Shown here: positions 43,244-53,965 of the stretch, one piece after another | Layout: each line of letters opens with the position of its first letter | How positions within the stretch are numbered: the stretch's first letter is position 1 | DNA from: an uncultured Clostridia bacterium | Lineage (GTDB): Bacteria; Bacillota; Clostridia; Christensenellales; UBA1242 | Reading direction: 5' to 3' | Length of the DNA stretch: 64,000 nt | Assembly (NCBI GenBank): GCA_945919375.1 | Contig: CAMEJD010000008.1 | Location: forward strand, 1,970 to 65,969 | Translations under genes and position numbers: made by a program | Notes under the pieces: model-generated | The model's input: only the letters and a program-made list of their open reading frames with translations | Database searches by the model: none | What the model was told of the DNA's origin: nothing

Positions 43244-44371
43244 GTGATTTATTTAGATAATAGTGCAACAACCAACACAAAACCAAAAGAAGTGATAAAA
43301 GCAGTAAATTCAGCATTTACAAAATATGTTGCGAACCCCGGACGAAGTGGGCACAAACTTGCCTTTGAAACATCAATTCAACTTGAAAATGTAAGGAATA
43401 AAATTAGTGAATATTTTAATGCCCAAAATGTTGTGTTTACGCAAAATTGCACTGATGCATTAAATCTTGCAATTCAAGGTACAATAAGCGAATGTGGGCA
43501 TATTATCATTACTTCAAATGACCACAATGCTTCGGCAAGACCTGTTTTTGAGATGCATAAAAAATATGGGATTGAAGTTAGTGTTGCAACACCAAAAACA
43601 AAAGGAATTTTGACACTTGACGACATATTGCCATATGTCAAAAAAAACACATATCTTATATGTGTTAATCATATGAGCAATGTTGATGGCGAAATTGCCG
43701 ACATAAAGAGAATTGGCGAGTATTGTAGTGAGAACTGTATTTTGTTTTGTGTTGATGGTGCACAAAGTTGTGGGCACCTTAATTTGGATATGCACAAAAA
43801 CTACATCGACCTTTTGGCTCTTGCCCCACACAAGGGGTTATATTCTCCACAAGGGGTTGGTGTGCTTTGTTTTTCAAAGCGAAGTAAGTTAAAGCCTATT
43901 AGATTTGGTGGCACAGGAACAGAAAGTGAAAATGTTTATCAACCAATGGGAAGCATTGAAAGTTATGAAAGTGGAACACTTGCAACACCAAATATTTTGG
44001 GGCTTGGTGCAGGTCTTGATTTTGTGAAAAACAACTATAAAAAAATAAATTCCAAGATTGATGACCTTGGAACATACCTTAATTATGAGTTGTCAAATAT
44101 AAATGGCGTTAAAGTATACACTCACCCAACGAACTCTTTTGGAATAATTGGGTTTAATGTGAAAGATTATGGCTCAAGTGAAGTTAGTCAAATTTTATCC
44201 GACAAATACGGCATTTGCACTCGTGGTGGACTTCATTGTGCAGGACTTAAACATAAAGCATTAGGAACACTTGAACAAGGCATTGTGAGGGCAAGTTTAA
44301 GTTACTTTAACTCATTTTCTGATTGTTTAAAACTTGTTAAGGCGATAAAAGATATTGCAAAACAAGTTTAA
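43244..44371 (+). CDS. Cysteine desulfurase family (class V aminotransferase) enzyme with intact active site
   Basis: YLDNSATT, ANPGRSGH, PLP lysine in APHKG, catalytic cysteine in RGGLHCA. Confidence 0.9.
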   Translation: MIYLDNSATTNTKPKEVIKAVNSAFTKYVANPGRSGHKLAFETSIQLENVRNKISEYFNAQNVVFTQNCTDALNLAIQGTISECGHIIITSNDHNASARPVFEMHKKYGIEVSVATPKTKGILTLDDILPYVKKNTYLICVNHMSNVDGEIADIKRIGEYCSENCILFCVDGAQSCGHLNLDMHKNYIDLLALAPHKGLYSPQGVGVLCFSKRSKLKPIRFGGTGTESENVYQPMGSIESYESGTLATPNILGLGAGLDFVKNNYKKINSKIDDLGTYLNYELSNINGVKVYTHPTNSFGIIGFNVKDYGSSEVSQILSDKYGICTRGGLHCAGLKHKALGTLEQGIVRASLSYFNSFSDCLKLVKAIKDIAKQV

Positions 44372-44709
44372 AATGCATTTTCTATATGTGTAATTTTATC
44401 TCCCAAAATTTCAATAACATCAAACCTTATTTTTTGGTCAAGTGTTGAATATCTTTGAAGATAAAGTTCTGCAATTCTTCTAATTTTATATTGCTTTTGG
44501 GCAGTGACTGCTTCTCTTGGAAGTCCAAACATTGCAGTATTTCTTGCTTTTACTTCAACAAAAACAAGGGTATCTTTGTCCATTGCAATAATATCAATTT
44601 CACCTATTTTGCAAGAAAAATTCATTTTTACAATTTTGTAACCCTTTTTTATCAAAAAGTTCTTTGCTTCTTGTTCGCCTGTTACTCCGTAAATTTTTGT
44701 GTTAGTCAT
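44368..44709 (-). CDS. yraN: YraN family nuclease-like protein
   Basis: GEIDIIA, LVFVEVKAR, RFDVI. Confidence 0.92.
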   Translation of the reverse strand: MTNTKIYGVTGEQEAKNFLIKKGYKIVKMNFSCKIGEIDIIAMDKDTLVFVEVKARNTAMFGLPREAVTAQKQYKIRRIAELYLQRYSTLDQKIRFDVIEILGDKITHIENAF

Positions 44710-45331
44710 TTTTATCTCCAATAAAATGTTTGATGAATGTATCTCTATGGATTTCGCATTTACCAAATTTTTTAAGATTTTCTATGTGTTCTTTTGTGCC
44801 ATATCCTTTGTGTTTTTTAAAGTTATATTCAGGATATTTTTTGTCAAGTTCTTCCATAAGTCTATCCCGATACACCTTTGCGAGTATTGATGCACATGCT
44901 ATTGAATAACTTTTTGCATCTCCTTTAACTATTGGAATATTAGGTACATCTAATTCTAAACCGACAATATAATCAATTAAAACAAAATCTGGTGCAACTT
45001 TTAAGTTTTTTACACAATTTTGCATACCAAGTCTTGTTGCATTTAAAATATTTATTTTATCAATAGTTTTGTTATCTACTTCCTGAATTGAATAACAAAC
45101 TGCTGTATTCTTTATTTTTTCATACAACTCATCACGCTTTTTGGGTGTAAGTTTTTTGCTATCATTTACACCTTGAATAATTTTGTCGTTATCTAGTGGC
45201 ATAATCACGCATGCGCAAACAACCGGGCCGGCTAGTGGGCCTCTGCCTGCTTCATCCATTCCAGCAATAGTTTTGTAACCTTTTTTTGCATATTCGTGTT
45301 CAAATTGTAGCATATTTTCTTTAGTATTCAT
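44702..45331 (-). CDS. rnhB: Ribonuclease HII
   Basis: GMDEAGRGPLAGPV, DSKKL, HKGYGT. Confidence 0.96.
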   Translation of the reverse strand: MNTKENMLQFEHEYAKKGYKTIAGMDEAGRGPLAGPVVCACVIMPLDNDKIIQGVNDSKKLTPKKRDELYEKIKNTAVCYSIQEVDNKTIDKINILNATRLGMQNCVKNLKVAPDFVLIDYIVGLELDVPNIPIVKGDAKSYSIACASILAKVYRDRLMEELDKKYPEYNFKKHKGYGTKEHIENLKKFGKCEIHRDTFIKHFIGDKND

Positions 45332-45334
45332 ATT

Positions 45335-46186
45335 TCACACACTCACTTTGTCTAATGTAATTTTGCCTAATTTGCCTTTTCTAAAATCGTCAATAATTGC
45401 AAAACAAGTACGGTCAAAATCGGGTTCATTGCCTTTTAACAAATAATGTTTTTTCTCTGCAATTTGCTCCATAATTTCCACAGCAGAAAAGTTTAGGTCT
45501 GTTATCCCATATCTTTCAAATGCCGTTTTATAATGGTCTTTTAGGTAATTTATCAAAGCAAAACAAAGTTCGTTTGTGTCAACAATTTCATTTTTTATGC
45601 TACCAAGTATTGCAAGGTTTTGAGCAATTGTTTGGTTATCTAAATTTGGCCACAATGTTCCCGGAGTGTCAAGAACTTCAAAACCATTTTTAAGAAGAAC
45701 CCATTGTTTACCTTTTGTAACACCGGCTTTATCTCCCGTTTTTGTCTTTTTTTGACCACAAAGATTATTTATCAAAGTACTTTTTCCAGAATTTGGCACA
45801 CCAACGACCATTGCACGTAAATTTATTTTTATATCCTTGTTTTTATACTTGTCTATTTTTCTTTGGCACAAACTTTTCATAATCGGTTCAATAATCTTGT
45901 TTGCACCACTAATTGTGCTGTTAAGACTTATACATTCACAATTGTTTTGAGATGTTATATACCTTTTGAACCTTGCAGTTTTTTCGTCATCGGCAAGGTC
46001 TGTTTTGTTAAGCACATAAAGAACGGGTTTGTTTAATGCAAGTGAAGTGAATTTTGGGTTAAGGCAAGAAAAAGGTGCTCTTGCATCAAGAACATATATA
46101 AGCATATCAACATTTTTTATTTCCGTTTCCATAATTTTTAAGGCTTTTGCCATGTGCCCCGGAAACCAATTTATTTTACTTTCCAT
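45335..46186 (-). CDS. rbgA: Ribosome biogenesis GTPase RbgA (YlqF)
   Basis: INWFPGHM, NKTD, GVPNSGKS, DTPG. Confidence 0.95.
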   Translation of the reverse strand: MESKINWFPGHMAKALKIMETEIKNVDMLIYVLDARAPFSCLNPKFTSLALNKPVLYVLNKTDLADDEKTARFKRYITSQNNCECISLNSTISGANKIIEPIMKSLCQRKIDKYKNKDIKINLRAMVVGVPNSGKSTLINNLCGQKKTKTGDKAGVTKGKQWVLLKNGFEVLDTPGTLWPNLDNQTIAQNLAILGSIKNEIVDTNELCFALINYLKDHYKTAFERYGITDLNFSAVEIMEQIAEKKHYLLKGNEPDFDRTCFAIIDDFRKGKLGKITLDKVSV

Positions 46187-46187
46187 A

Positions 46188-46856
46188 TCAATCCTTATCA
46201 ATTAAATCGGGTCTTTCTTTTTTTGTTATTTCAATAGATTTTTCTTTTCGCCATTCATCAACTTTTTGATGGTTACCGGATATCAACACATCGGGCACTT
46301 TTTTGCCCATAAATTCTTCCGGCCTTGTATATTGAGGATATTCCAAAAGCCCGTTTGAAAAACTTTCTTCCTTTAGGGAATCTTTTGCAATAACTCCCTC
46401 AATTTGACGAGCTATGCTATCTATCATTACCATTGCAGGAAGTTCTCCACCTGTTAAAACATAGTCACCAATAGACACGCTTTTTGCATTCAATATTTCA
46501 AGTGCTCGTTCATCAACGCCTTCGTAATGTCCACACAAAATTACCAAGTGTTCTTTCTTTGCAAGGCTTTTTGCCATTTGATGATTAAAAGTTTTTCCTT
46601 TTGGACTTGTATATATTACAACATCATTATCTTGTGCTATGCTATTATACGCATCTACTATAGGTTGTGGCATCATTACCATTCCTGCACCACCACCATA
46701 TGGATAATCATCACATTTTTTATGAGCATCTTTTGAAAAATCTCTAATGTTTATCACATTAATCTCAAACAAATTTTTGTCTAATGCTCGTTTTATTATG
46801 CTGTGATTAAGGGCATCAAACATTTCTGGAAAAAGTGTCAAGATGTCTATTCGCAT
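46188..46856 (-). CDS. trmD: tRNA (guanine-N1)-methyltransferase
   Basis: DDYPYGGGAGM, CGHYEGVDER, SIGDYVLTGGE. Confidence 0.97.
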   Translation of the reverse strand: MRIDILTLFPEMFDALNHSIIKRALDKNLFEINVINIRDFSKDAHKKCDDYPYGGGAGMVMMPQPIVDAYNSIAQDNDVVIYTSPKGKTFNHQMAKSLAKKEHLVILCGHYEGVDERALEILNAKSVSIGDYVLTGGELPAMVMIDSIARQIEGVIAKDSLKEESFSNGLLEYPQYTRPEEFMGKKVPDVLISGNHQKVDEWRKEKSIEITKKERPDLIDKD

Positions 46857-47338
46857 ATTTTTACCTCATCATATTTTGATTTGTCAACAACAATATTATT
46901 GCCATTAACACTCAAAACAATGGAAGTCAAAAAAGGTATTTTATACTCTCTTTTGTTTTCAAGGATTGTCAAAACATCGGCAGAACCATAGCTTTCAATA
47001 TCAACCAATACTCCAATATATTCTCCACTTTTGGCAACTACATCTTTGTTTAGCATATCATCGGTAAAGTACATATTTTCTTTTAATTTTAGTTCGTTTG
47101 ATTCTACAAAAACTTGTTTATTTCTATATTTTTCTGCCAAGTTTCTATCGTTACAGTTTGGTAATTTTATATAAATAAATTGTTGCCTTATTGCAAAACT
47201 AGACAACGTGATTTCTTGGTTATCAATAATTACCTTTTTTACATTTTTATATATAGATAAATCGCTATCTGCTGGGTAGATTTTTAGTTCCCCTTTCACG
47301 CCTTGTGGCTTTATTATTTTTCCTAATAATTGTTTCAT
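46847..47338 (-). CDS. rimM: 16S rRNA processing protein RimM
   Basis: GKIIKPQGVKGELK, C-terminal PRC barrel (IPF); synteny. Confidence 0.9.
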   Translation of the reverse strand: MKQLLGKIIKPQGVKGELKIYPADSDLSIYKNVKKVIIDNQEITLSSFAIRQQFIYIKLPNCNDRNLAEKYRNKQVFVESNELKLKENMYFTDDMLNKDVVAKSGEYIGVLVDIESYGSADVLTILENKREYKIPFLTSIVLSVNGNNIVVDKSKYDEVKICE

Positions 47339-47386
47339 AACTTCCCTATACAAATAAATAGGCAAGAGTGTTGCCTATTTACCTAA

Positions 47387-47617
47387 TTATTTGCTTATTT
47401 TTACATTGTATCTAATTTTTTCTTTGGCAGCAACAGACTTTACAATTGCACGAATGCTTTGTGCAATTCTACCATTTTTGCCAATAACCTTTCCAAGGTC
47501 TTCTTCTGCAACATTAACAATAATGTTAATTTCGCTACCTTCCCTTGTTGTTGTTATTGCAACTGCTTCTTTGTTGTCTACTAAACTTTTTACAATGTAT
47601 TCAACTAATTCTTCCAT
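47387..47617 (-). CDS. khpA: KH-domain RNA-binding protein KhpA
   Basis: DLGKVIGKNGR; lies between rpsP and rimM. Confidence 0.93.
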   Translation of the reverse strand: MEELVEYIVKSLVDNKEAVAITTTREGSEINIIVNVAEEDLGKVIGKNGRIAQSIRAIVKSVAAKEKIRYNVKISK

Positions 47618-47683
47618 AATTGTCCCCTTTATGTTTTGTTACTAAATTTTTTTAATAACACCACTTTGGTGGCTTAATTAAAA

Positions 47684-47935
47684 TTACTTTCTTTCAATAA
47701 CGCCACATTTAACTAACAATTCTCTGGCTGTATCTGTTGGTTGAGCACCATTCTTAAGCCAAGCAGCTGCTTTTTCATTATCAATTTTGATTTCTGCTGG
47801 ATTTTTGAGTGGGTTATATGTTCCAATAACTTCAACAAATTTACCATCTCTTGGAGATCTTGAATCAGCTACTACAACTCTGTAGTAAGGTGTTTTTTTA
47901 TCTCCTAATCTTGTTAATCTAATTTTTAATGCCAT
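47684..47935 (-). CDS. rpsP: 30S ribosomal protein S16
   Basis: [23 protein letters not shown]. Confidence 0.98.
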   Translation of the reverse strand: MALKIRLTRLGDKKTPYYRVVVADSRSPRDGKFVEVIGTYNPLKNPAEIKIDNEKAAAWLKNGAQPTDTARELLVKCGVIERK

Positions 47936-47999
47936 TTTATCTTTCTCCTTTTTGTGTATTTATATATTTTAATTGCTAGTGCAATTTGATATATCAATT

Positions 48000-49316
48000 T
48001 TAAAACATTCTACCGAACAAACCTTTTTTGTTTTTCATTTGTTTCATCATTTCTTTTGATTGTTCGAATTGCTTTATAAGCATATTTACATCTTGAATAG
48101 ATGTTCCACTGCCCTTTGCAATTCTTTGTCTTTGACTTGATTTAATTATTTCTGGGTGTATTCTTTCTTTTTTTGTCATACTTTGAATTATCGCTTTGTT
48201 GCGTTTTAATGCATTCTCATCAACTTGAACATTACCAACTTTGCTTCTAAGCCCCGGTATCATTGAAATAAGGTCATTTATATTGCCCATTTTGTTAAGT
48301 TTTTCAAGTTGAGATAAGTAATCTTCAAAAGTAAATGAATTTTCTCGGAATGATTTTTCCATCTTTTTCATTTCTTCTTCAGTTACTGCTTCTTGTGCTT
48401 TTTCAATTAAAGTTAACACATCGCCCATACCAAGAATTCTTGATGCAATTCTGTCTGGATAGAATGGTTCAATATCTCCAATCTTTTCGCCAACTCCACA
48501 AAACTTTATTGGTTTTTGTGTTATTGCTTTTATTGATAGTGCAGCACCACCACGAGTGTCACCATCTAGTTTTGTAAGAATTACACCAGTTATATCAAGG
48601 TCGTTATTAAAACTTTCTGCAACTGTTACTGCATCTTGCCCTGTCATACTATCAACAGTGAGCAAAATTTCTGTTGGATTAACTTCTTTTTTGATGTTTT
48701 TTAACTCATTCATCAATTCTTCATTGATGTGAAGTCTGCCTGCAGTATCAAGGATAACAGTGTCATAACCTTGTTTTAAGGCAAATTCAATCGCCTGCTT
48801 TGCTGTTTTTACTGGGTTCTGCGTTCCCTTTTCAAAAACATCAACCTTTGCTTGCCCTGCAACAACTTTTAACTGATTTATGGCTGCCGGACGATAAATA
48901 TCGCATGCTACCAAAAGTGGACGTTTGCCCGATTTTTTTAGATATGCACCAAGTTTGGCACACATTGTAGTTTTTCCTGCACCTTGAAGTCCACACATCA
49001 TTATTACTGTTGGTGGGTTTGATGCAACTGCAAGTTTTTGATTTGGGCTTGACATCAAGTTCGTTAATTCTTCATTAACAATTTTAATTACCTGTTGCCC
49101 CGGGGTCAAACTTTTCATAACCTCTGCACCACTTGCCTTTTCAGTTACATTTTTAATAAAGTCTTTTACAACAAGATAATTTACATCGGCTTCTAAAAGT
49201 GCCAATTTTATTTCTCTCATTGATTCCTTTATTTCAAGGTCAGTAAGTTTGCCTTTCTTTGTAAGTTTTGAAAAAATGTGTGACATTTTTTCGCTTAAAC
49301 TTGTAAAGAGTGCCAT
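48000..49316 (-). CDS. ffh: Signal recognition particle protein
   Basis: GLQGAGKTT, DTAGR, TKLDGD, methionine-rich M domain. Confidence 0.98.
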   Translation of the reverse strand: MALFTSLSEKMSHIFSKLTKKGKLTDLEIKESMREIKLALLEADVNYLVVKDFIKNVTEKASGAEVMKSLTPGQQVIKIVNEELTNLMSSPNQKLAVASNPPTVIMMCGLQGAGKTTMCAKLGAYLKKSGKRPLLVACDIYRPAAINQLKVVAGQAKVDVFEKGTQNPVKTAKQAIEFALKQGYDTVILDTAGRLHINEELMNELKNIKKEVNPTEILLTVDSMTGQDAVTVAESFNNDLDITGVILTKLDGDTRGGAALSIKAITQKPIKFCGVGEKIGDIEPFYPDRIASRILGMGDVLTLIEKAQEAVTEEEMKKMEKSFRENSFTFEDYLSQLEKLNKMGNINDLISMIPGLRSKVGNVQVDENALKRNKAIIQSMTKKERIHPEIIKSSQRQRIAKGSGTSIQDVNMLIKQFEQSKEMMKQMKNKKGLFGRMF

Positions 49317-49621
49317 TAAATCTCCTCCAAAAGTTGCTTGATTTTTTCTTTTATCGACTTTTCATCACTTTGTAAAATTGCAACCAACTCTTGCTTTATT
49401 TCGTAAAGTTTTAGCTTGTCCTCATAAAAATACAGTTTTTGTTTGGCTTTTTGGATTGCATCCAAAACCCCTGCTCTTGTTATATTTTCATCTTGTGCAA
49501 TTTCCGAAAGTGACATATCTGCATTGACATAACGAGTTATAGCAAGTTTTTGTTTTTCACTCAAAAGGTCGCCATAAATATCAATTAAGTTCCCGAGTCT
49601 AACATTTTCTTCTACACTCAT
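49316..49621 (-). CDS. ylxM: YlxM family HTH protein
   Basis: YGDLLSEKQ, MSLSEIA; immediately upstream of ffh. Confidence 0.9.
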   Translation of the reverse strand: MSVEENVRLGNLIDIYGDLLSEKQKLAITRYVNADMSLSEIAQDENITRAGVLDAIQKAKQKLYFYEDKLKLYEIKQELVAILQSDEKSIKEKIKQLLEEI

Positions 49622-49644
49622 TTCTCACCCAAAAAGTATTTTAC

Positions 49645-49666
49645 TGTCAAGTAAAATTACTTTACA
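49645..49666. promoter_or_regulatory. Imperfect palindrome upstream of ylxM (candidate operator)
   Basis: tgtcaagtaa-aa-ttactttaca; one arm contains TTGACA on the minus strand. Confidence 0.45.
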
Positions 49667-49747
49667 CTAAAATATAGCACATAAAGTTTTAAATTGCAAG
49701 CGAAAAATAAAAAACAGTAAAAATTTTTACTGTCTTTCTTTTTTATT

Positions 49748-50119
49748 TTAATATTCCATATCAACTTCTTTATTATCACACATTGATGCATCTTTTATGA
49801 TTTTTACTTTTACACTATCTGGCATTTCCTTTTTAAAGCTAACATAAAACAATGTTTCAAATACTGTTTCGTAGTCATCGTCGTAAAAATATTTTTTGCA
49901 AATTACTTTGTATTTATTGAATATTTTTGTATATTCCCCACATTTTAAACTATCAACCTTTAATAATTTTTTAAAAGCTTTAATTAATACCTGAGTTTCA
50001 AAATCACGTTGATTAAAATTATAAATATTATTGAGCACTTTTAAAATTTGTTTTGTTGTTAATTCTTTTGAAGTGTCCAAAAATTCTAATTCTCTATTTC
50101 TATAATTATCATATTTCAT
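49748..50119 (-). CDS. Hypothetical protein
   Basis: 123-aa ORF with AGGTG RBS and a downstream hairpin (about 49707-49745); no recognisable motif. Confidence 0.65.
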   Translation of the reverse strand: MKYDNYRNRELEFLDTSKELTTKQILKVLNNIYNFNQRDFETQVLIKAFKKLLKVDSLKCGEYTKIFNKYKVICKKYFYDDDYETVFETLFYVSFKKEMPDSVKVKIIKDASMCDNKEVDMEY

Positions 50120-50166
50120 AAATCACCTACAATGTATTATATGAAATCATTGATAAAAGTTTACTG

Positions 50167-51258
50167 TTATGGCAACAAATCCAAAATTATTTGATTACAT
50201 ACTCCAAATTTATTATCTTTTATTGAGATGTAATTTTGACTTACATTTATAAAATCTTTTAAGGAATTAAGGACATTTCCCTTTTGTTTTAATATGTCAT
50301 ATCCCAAATTTTTTAACTCGTTTATATTAACACCCTTTTGAGTCCTTAACGACAGCATAATAAGTTCTTCAATTTTTTCTTCGTTTGAGATTTCTTCTTT
50401 TTGATAATCAAATTTACTTTCAAGATATTCTTGCATATCTGTTGTATTATTATACCTAAAACCATCGATATAACTATGCGCCGAAAGACCAAATCCGTAG
50501 TAATCTGTCAAGTTCCAATAACCCAAATTATGCTTACATTCATATCCCAAAAGAGCAAAATTTGATATTTCATACCTATAATATTTTTTACCTTTTAAAT
50601 ACTTTACAATTTTATTATAATAATCAACACATTTATCTTCACTTGCAACTTTTACTTGTTTTTGTTCTATTTGTTTTGTTAATTTTGTACCATTCTCGCA
50701 AATAAGCATATATGCACTGATATGATTTATTTTTTGTTTTAATAAACATTTTACACTATGTTTTAAAGATAAATAATTTTGATTTGGAATTCCAATCAGT
50801 AAATCGCAATTTACATTATTAAAATATTTTTTTGCTATTTTAATTGCATTTATTGCTTGTTTTTTTGTGTGTCTTCTGCCAATTATTTTCAGTTGTTTAT
50901 TATTCAAACTTTGCACTCCGATACTTATTCTATTTATCCCAATTTGTTTGTAGGTTTTAAGTTTGCTTTCCGTTATACTGCAAGGGTTTGCTTCTATTGA
51001 TATTTCGGCGTTTTTATCAATATTAAAATTATTTTTTAATTCATTAATTATTAATTTTATATATTTTTCATTTACACTACTTGGAGTTCCACCACCAATA
51101 TAAATTGATGTAATATTTTTGTATTTATTTGAATTAAATTTTATTTCTTCAACAAGTTTTTTAAAGTATTTTTCTTTTATTTTTTCATCATATTTTGCCG
51201 AACAAAAATTACAGTAAAAACATTTACTGTCACAAAAAGGAATATGGACATAAATCAT
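50167..51258 (-). CDS. hemW: Radical SAM heme chaperone HemW (HemN-like)
   Basis: IYVHIPFCDSKCFYC, YIGGGTPS, YEISNFA, HNLGYW; follows lepA. Confidence 0.9.
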   Translation of the reverse strand: MIYVHIPFCDSKCFYCNFCSAKYDEKIKEKYFKKLVEEIKFNSNKYKNITSIYIGGGTPSSVNEKYIKLIINELKNNFNIDKNAEISIEANPCSITESKLKTYKQIGINRISIGVQSLNNKQLKIIGRRHTKKQAINAIKIAKKYFNNVNCDLLIGIPNQNYLSLKHSVKCLLKQKINHISAYMLICENGTKLTKQIEQKQVKVASEDKCVDYYNKIVKYLKGKKYYRYEISNFALLGYECKHNLGYWNLTDYYGFGLSAHSYIDGFRYNNTTDMQEYLESKFDYQKEEISNEEKIEELIMLSLRTQKGVNINELKNLGYDILKQKGNVLNSLKDFINVSQNYISIKDNKFGVCNQIILDLLP

Positions 51259-51262
51259 ACAA

Positions 51263-53071
51263 TTAGTTTTCATCATCTGTTTTAAGAATACTAATAAATG
51301 CTTCACTTGGAAGTTCAACACTACCAAATTGACGCATACGTTTTTTACCTGCTTTTTGTTTTTCAAGAAGTTTTCTCTTTCTTGAAATATCGCCACCATA
51401 ACATTTTGCAAGGACATCTTTACGCATTGCGCTTACTGTTTCTCTTGCAATAATTTTTCCACCAATACATGCTTGAATTGGGACTTCAAAAAGTTGCCTT
51501 GGAATAACTTTTTTCAACTTTTCTGCAATTTGTCTGCCCCTTTGATATGCTTTATCTCTGTGAGTAATCAAACTTAAAGCATCACAAGTTTCCCCATTTA
51601 GCATTATATCAAGTTTAACAAGATCGCTTGGCATAAAACCATAAACTTCATAATCAAGACTTGCATACCCACGAGTGCGAGATTTTAGGGCATCAAAAAA
51701 GTCATATATCATTTCGCCTAGTGGCATATGATATTTCATAACAACTCTTGTTTTTTCCAAGTATTGCATATCCAAAAATTCTCCACGCTTTTCTTGGCAT
51801 AAATCCATTATTGGTCCAACATATTCAGGTGGCGTATAAACACTTAATGCAATCATCGGTTCTTCAATTCGTTCAATTTCTGCAACTGGTGGAAGCATTG
51901 ATGGATTGCTTACTTCAAGCATTTCCCCGTTTGTTTTGAAAACATGATAACTAACACTTGGTGCTGTTGTAATAATATCTAAATCAAATTCTCTCTCTAA
52001 TCTTTCTGTTATAATCTCCATATGGAGAAGTCCCAAAAATCCAACACGAAAGCCAAAACCTAATGCTATTGAAGTTTCTGGAGAAAAATGCAATGAAGCA
52101 TCGTTGAGTTTTAATTTTTCCAAAGCATCTTTAAGGTCGCCATATTTTGAACCATCAAGTGGGAATATACCACTAAATACAACTGGTTTTACATCTTTAT
52201 AACCTGGTAATGCTTCACTGCAAGGATTTTCGGCATCAGTTATGGTATCTCCAACCTTTGTGTCAGAAAGATTTTTTATGCTTGCACAGATATAGCCGAC
52301 ATCACCAACACATAATTCATTTACAGGTTTCATAGAAGGAGTGAATACTCCAACTTCAGTGACTTCATATGCTTTGTCAGTTTTCATCATTTGAATTTTA
52401 TCGCCAATTTTAACTTTTCCATCAAATACCCTAACAAAACAAATTGCACCTTTAAAATTATCGTACATACTATCAAAAATAAGTGCTTTTAATGGTTTTT
52501 GTGTGTCGCCTTTTGGACTTGGTATTTTTTCTACAATTTGCTTTAAAACATCATCAATGTTTATTCCTTCTTTTGCAGAAATGCAAGGAACATCATCTGC
52601 AGGAATTCCCAAAACATCTTCAATTTCTTTTCTTGATTTTTCTATATCTGCACTTGGCAAATCTATTTTGTTAAGCACTGGCAAAATTTCCAAGTTGTTA
52701 TCTAATGCAAGATAAGTGTTTGCAATGGTTTGTGCTTCAACCCCTTGAGAAGCATCAACAATCAAAATTGCCCCTTCGCAAGCAGCAAGCGAACGAGATA
52801 CTTCATAAGTAAAGTCAACATGCCCCGGTGTGTCTATCAAATTTAAAATATATTCTTCGCCATTATAGTCGTAAAACATTCGGGTTGGAGTTAGTTTTAT
52901 TGTGATTCCCCTTTCCCTTTCAATGTCCATACTATCCAATATTTGGTCACTCATATCACGACTGGATACGGTTCCAGTTTTTTCAATTAGTCTATCCGCA
53001 AGTGTGCTTTTGCCATGGTCAATGTGCGCAATAATGCAAAAGTTTCTTATTCTGTCTTGTCTTTTTTCCAT
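51263..53071 (-). CDS. lepA: Translation elongation factor 4
   Basis: [32 protein letters not shown]. Confidence 0.98.
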   Translation of the reverse strand: MEKRQDRIRNFCIIAHIDHGKSTLADRLIEKTGTVSSRDMSDQILDSMDIERERGITIKLTPTRMFYDYNGEEYILNLIDTPGHVDFTYEVSRSLAACEGAILIVDASQGVEAQTIANTYLALDNNLEILPVLNKIDLPSADIEKSRKEIEDVLGIPADDVPCISAKEGINIDDVLKQIVEKIPSPKGDTQKPLKALIFDSMYDNFKGAICFVRVFDGKVKIGDKIQMMKTDKAYEVTEVGVFTPSMKPVNELCVGDVGYICASIKNLSDTKVGDTITDAENPCSEALPGYKDVKPVVFSGIFPLDGSKYGDLKDALEKLKLNDASLHFSPETSIALGFGFRVGFLGLLHMEIITERLEREFDLDIITTAPSVSYHVFKTNGEMLEVSNPSMLPPVAEIERIEEPMIALSVYTPPEYVGPIMDLCQEKRGEFLDMQYLEKTRVVMKYHMPLGEMIYDFFDALKSRTRGYASLDYEVYGFMPSDLVKLDIMLNGETCDALSLITHRDKAYQRGRQIAEKLKKVIPRQLFEVPIQACIGGKIIARETVSAMRKDVLAKCYGGDISRKRKLLEKQKAGKKRMRQFGSVELPSEAFISILKTDDEN

Positions 53072-53180
53072 TTATTCTCCGTAACTAATTAGTATTATAT
53101 AAAAATTTGGTATATTTTGCAAATTATTATTTTGAAATTTTACTTTGTTATGCTAATATTTTAATAAAAGGAAATATATT

Positions 53181-53909
53181 ATGGATTTATTTAAGACTTG
53201 GCTTGTTGAATACCCAATTGCTCATCGTGGGCTTCATACCGATGAAATGCCGGAAAACTCTCTTGGAGCTTTTCAAAATGCAATAGACAATGGCTACCCT
53301 ATTGAACTTGATGTTCATCTCACTTGTGATGGAACAGTTGTTGTTTTTCACGATGATAGTTTGGCAAGAGTAACAAACAAAGATGGATATGTTAAAAATT
53401 TAACAAAAGACACATTAAAAGACTATTCACTTTTTGGAACAAAATACACTATTCCAACATTTAAAGAAGTATTAGATTTGGTTGCCGGACAAGTTCCAAT
53501 TTTAATTGAAGTGAAAAATACAGGCAAAGTTGGCGAACTTGAAAGTGCCTTACTTAAAATACTAAAAGATTACACTGGCGAATATGCTATTCAAAGTTTT
53601 AACCCTTATGTTCTTGAATGGTTTAAGAAAAATGCCCCACAAATTGCAAGAGGTCAACTTGCTGGATATTTTAAGGGTGAAAAATTATCTTTTATTAAAA
53701 AGTTTGCATTAAAGCGTATGCTTCTTAACAAAAAAATATCTTGCCCTGACTTTATATCCTATGATGCAAGAAATGTGCCAAATAGATTTGTTAATAAATA
53801 TAAAAATTTACCACTTCTTGTTTGGTGTGTTCGCAGTCAAGACGAATATCTTAAAAAAGTTAAATATTGCGATAATATTATTTTTGAAAACTTTGAACCA
53901 AAAATATAA
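53181..53909 (+). CDS. Glycerophosphodiester phosphodiesterase
   Basis: IAHRG, ENSLGAF, IELDVH, VVFHD, IEVK. Confidence 0.93.
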   Translation: MDLFKTWLVEYPIAHRGLHTDEMPENSLGAFQNAIDNGYPIELDVHLTCDGTVVVFHDDSLARVTNKDGYVKNLTKDTLKDYSLFGTKYTIPTFKEVLDLVAGQVPILIEVKNTGKVGELESALLKILKDYTGEYAIQSFNPYVLEWFKKNAPQIARGQLAGYFKGEKLSFIKKFALKRMLLNKKISCPDFISYDARNVPNRFVNKYKNLPLLVWCVRSQDEYLKKVKYCDNIIFENFEPKI

Positions 53910-53928
53910 AATTAAATATTTTAATAAT

Positions 53929-53958
53929 AAAAAATGTAGTCATTTGACTACATTTTTT
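53929..53958. terminator. Bidirectional terminator; left boundary of the LRR/XRE islet
   Basis: aaaaaatgtagtc-attt-gactacatttttt. Confidence 0.8.
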
Positions 53959-53965
53959 GTGTATT

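Noticed and set aside
33287-46190. Alternative genetic code (TGA readthrough or AGG reassignment)
   Set aside because: TGA ends trxA, rbgA and trmD at expected lengths, and AGG encodes a conserved Arg in RecA (IPRGR). CGG and CGA were not systematically checked.
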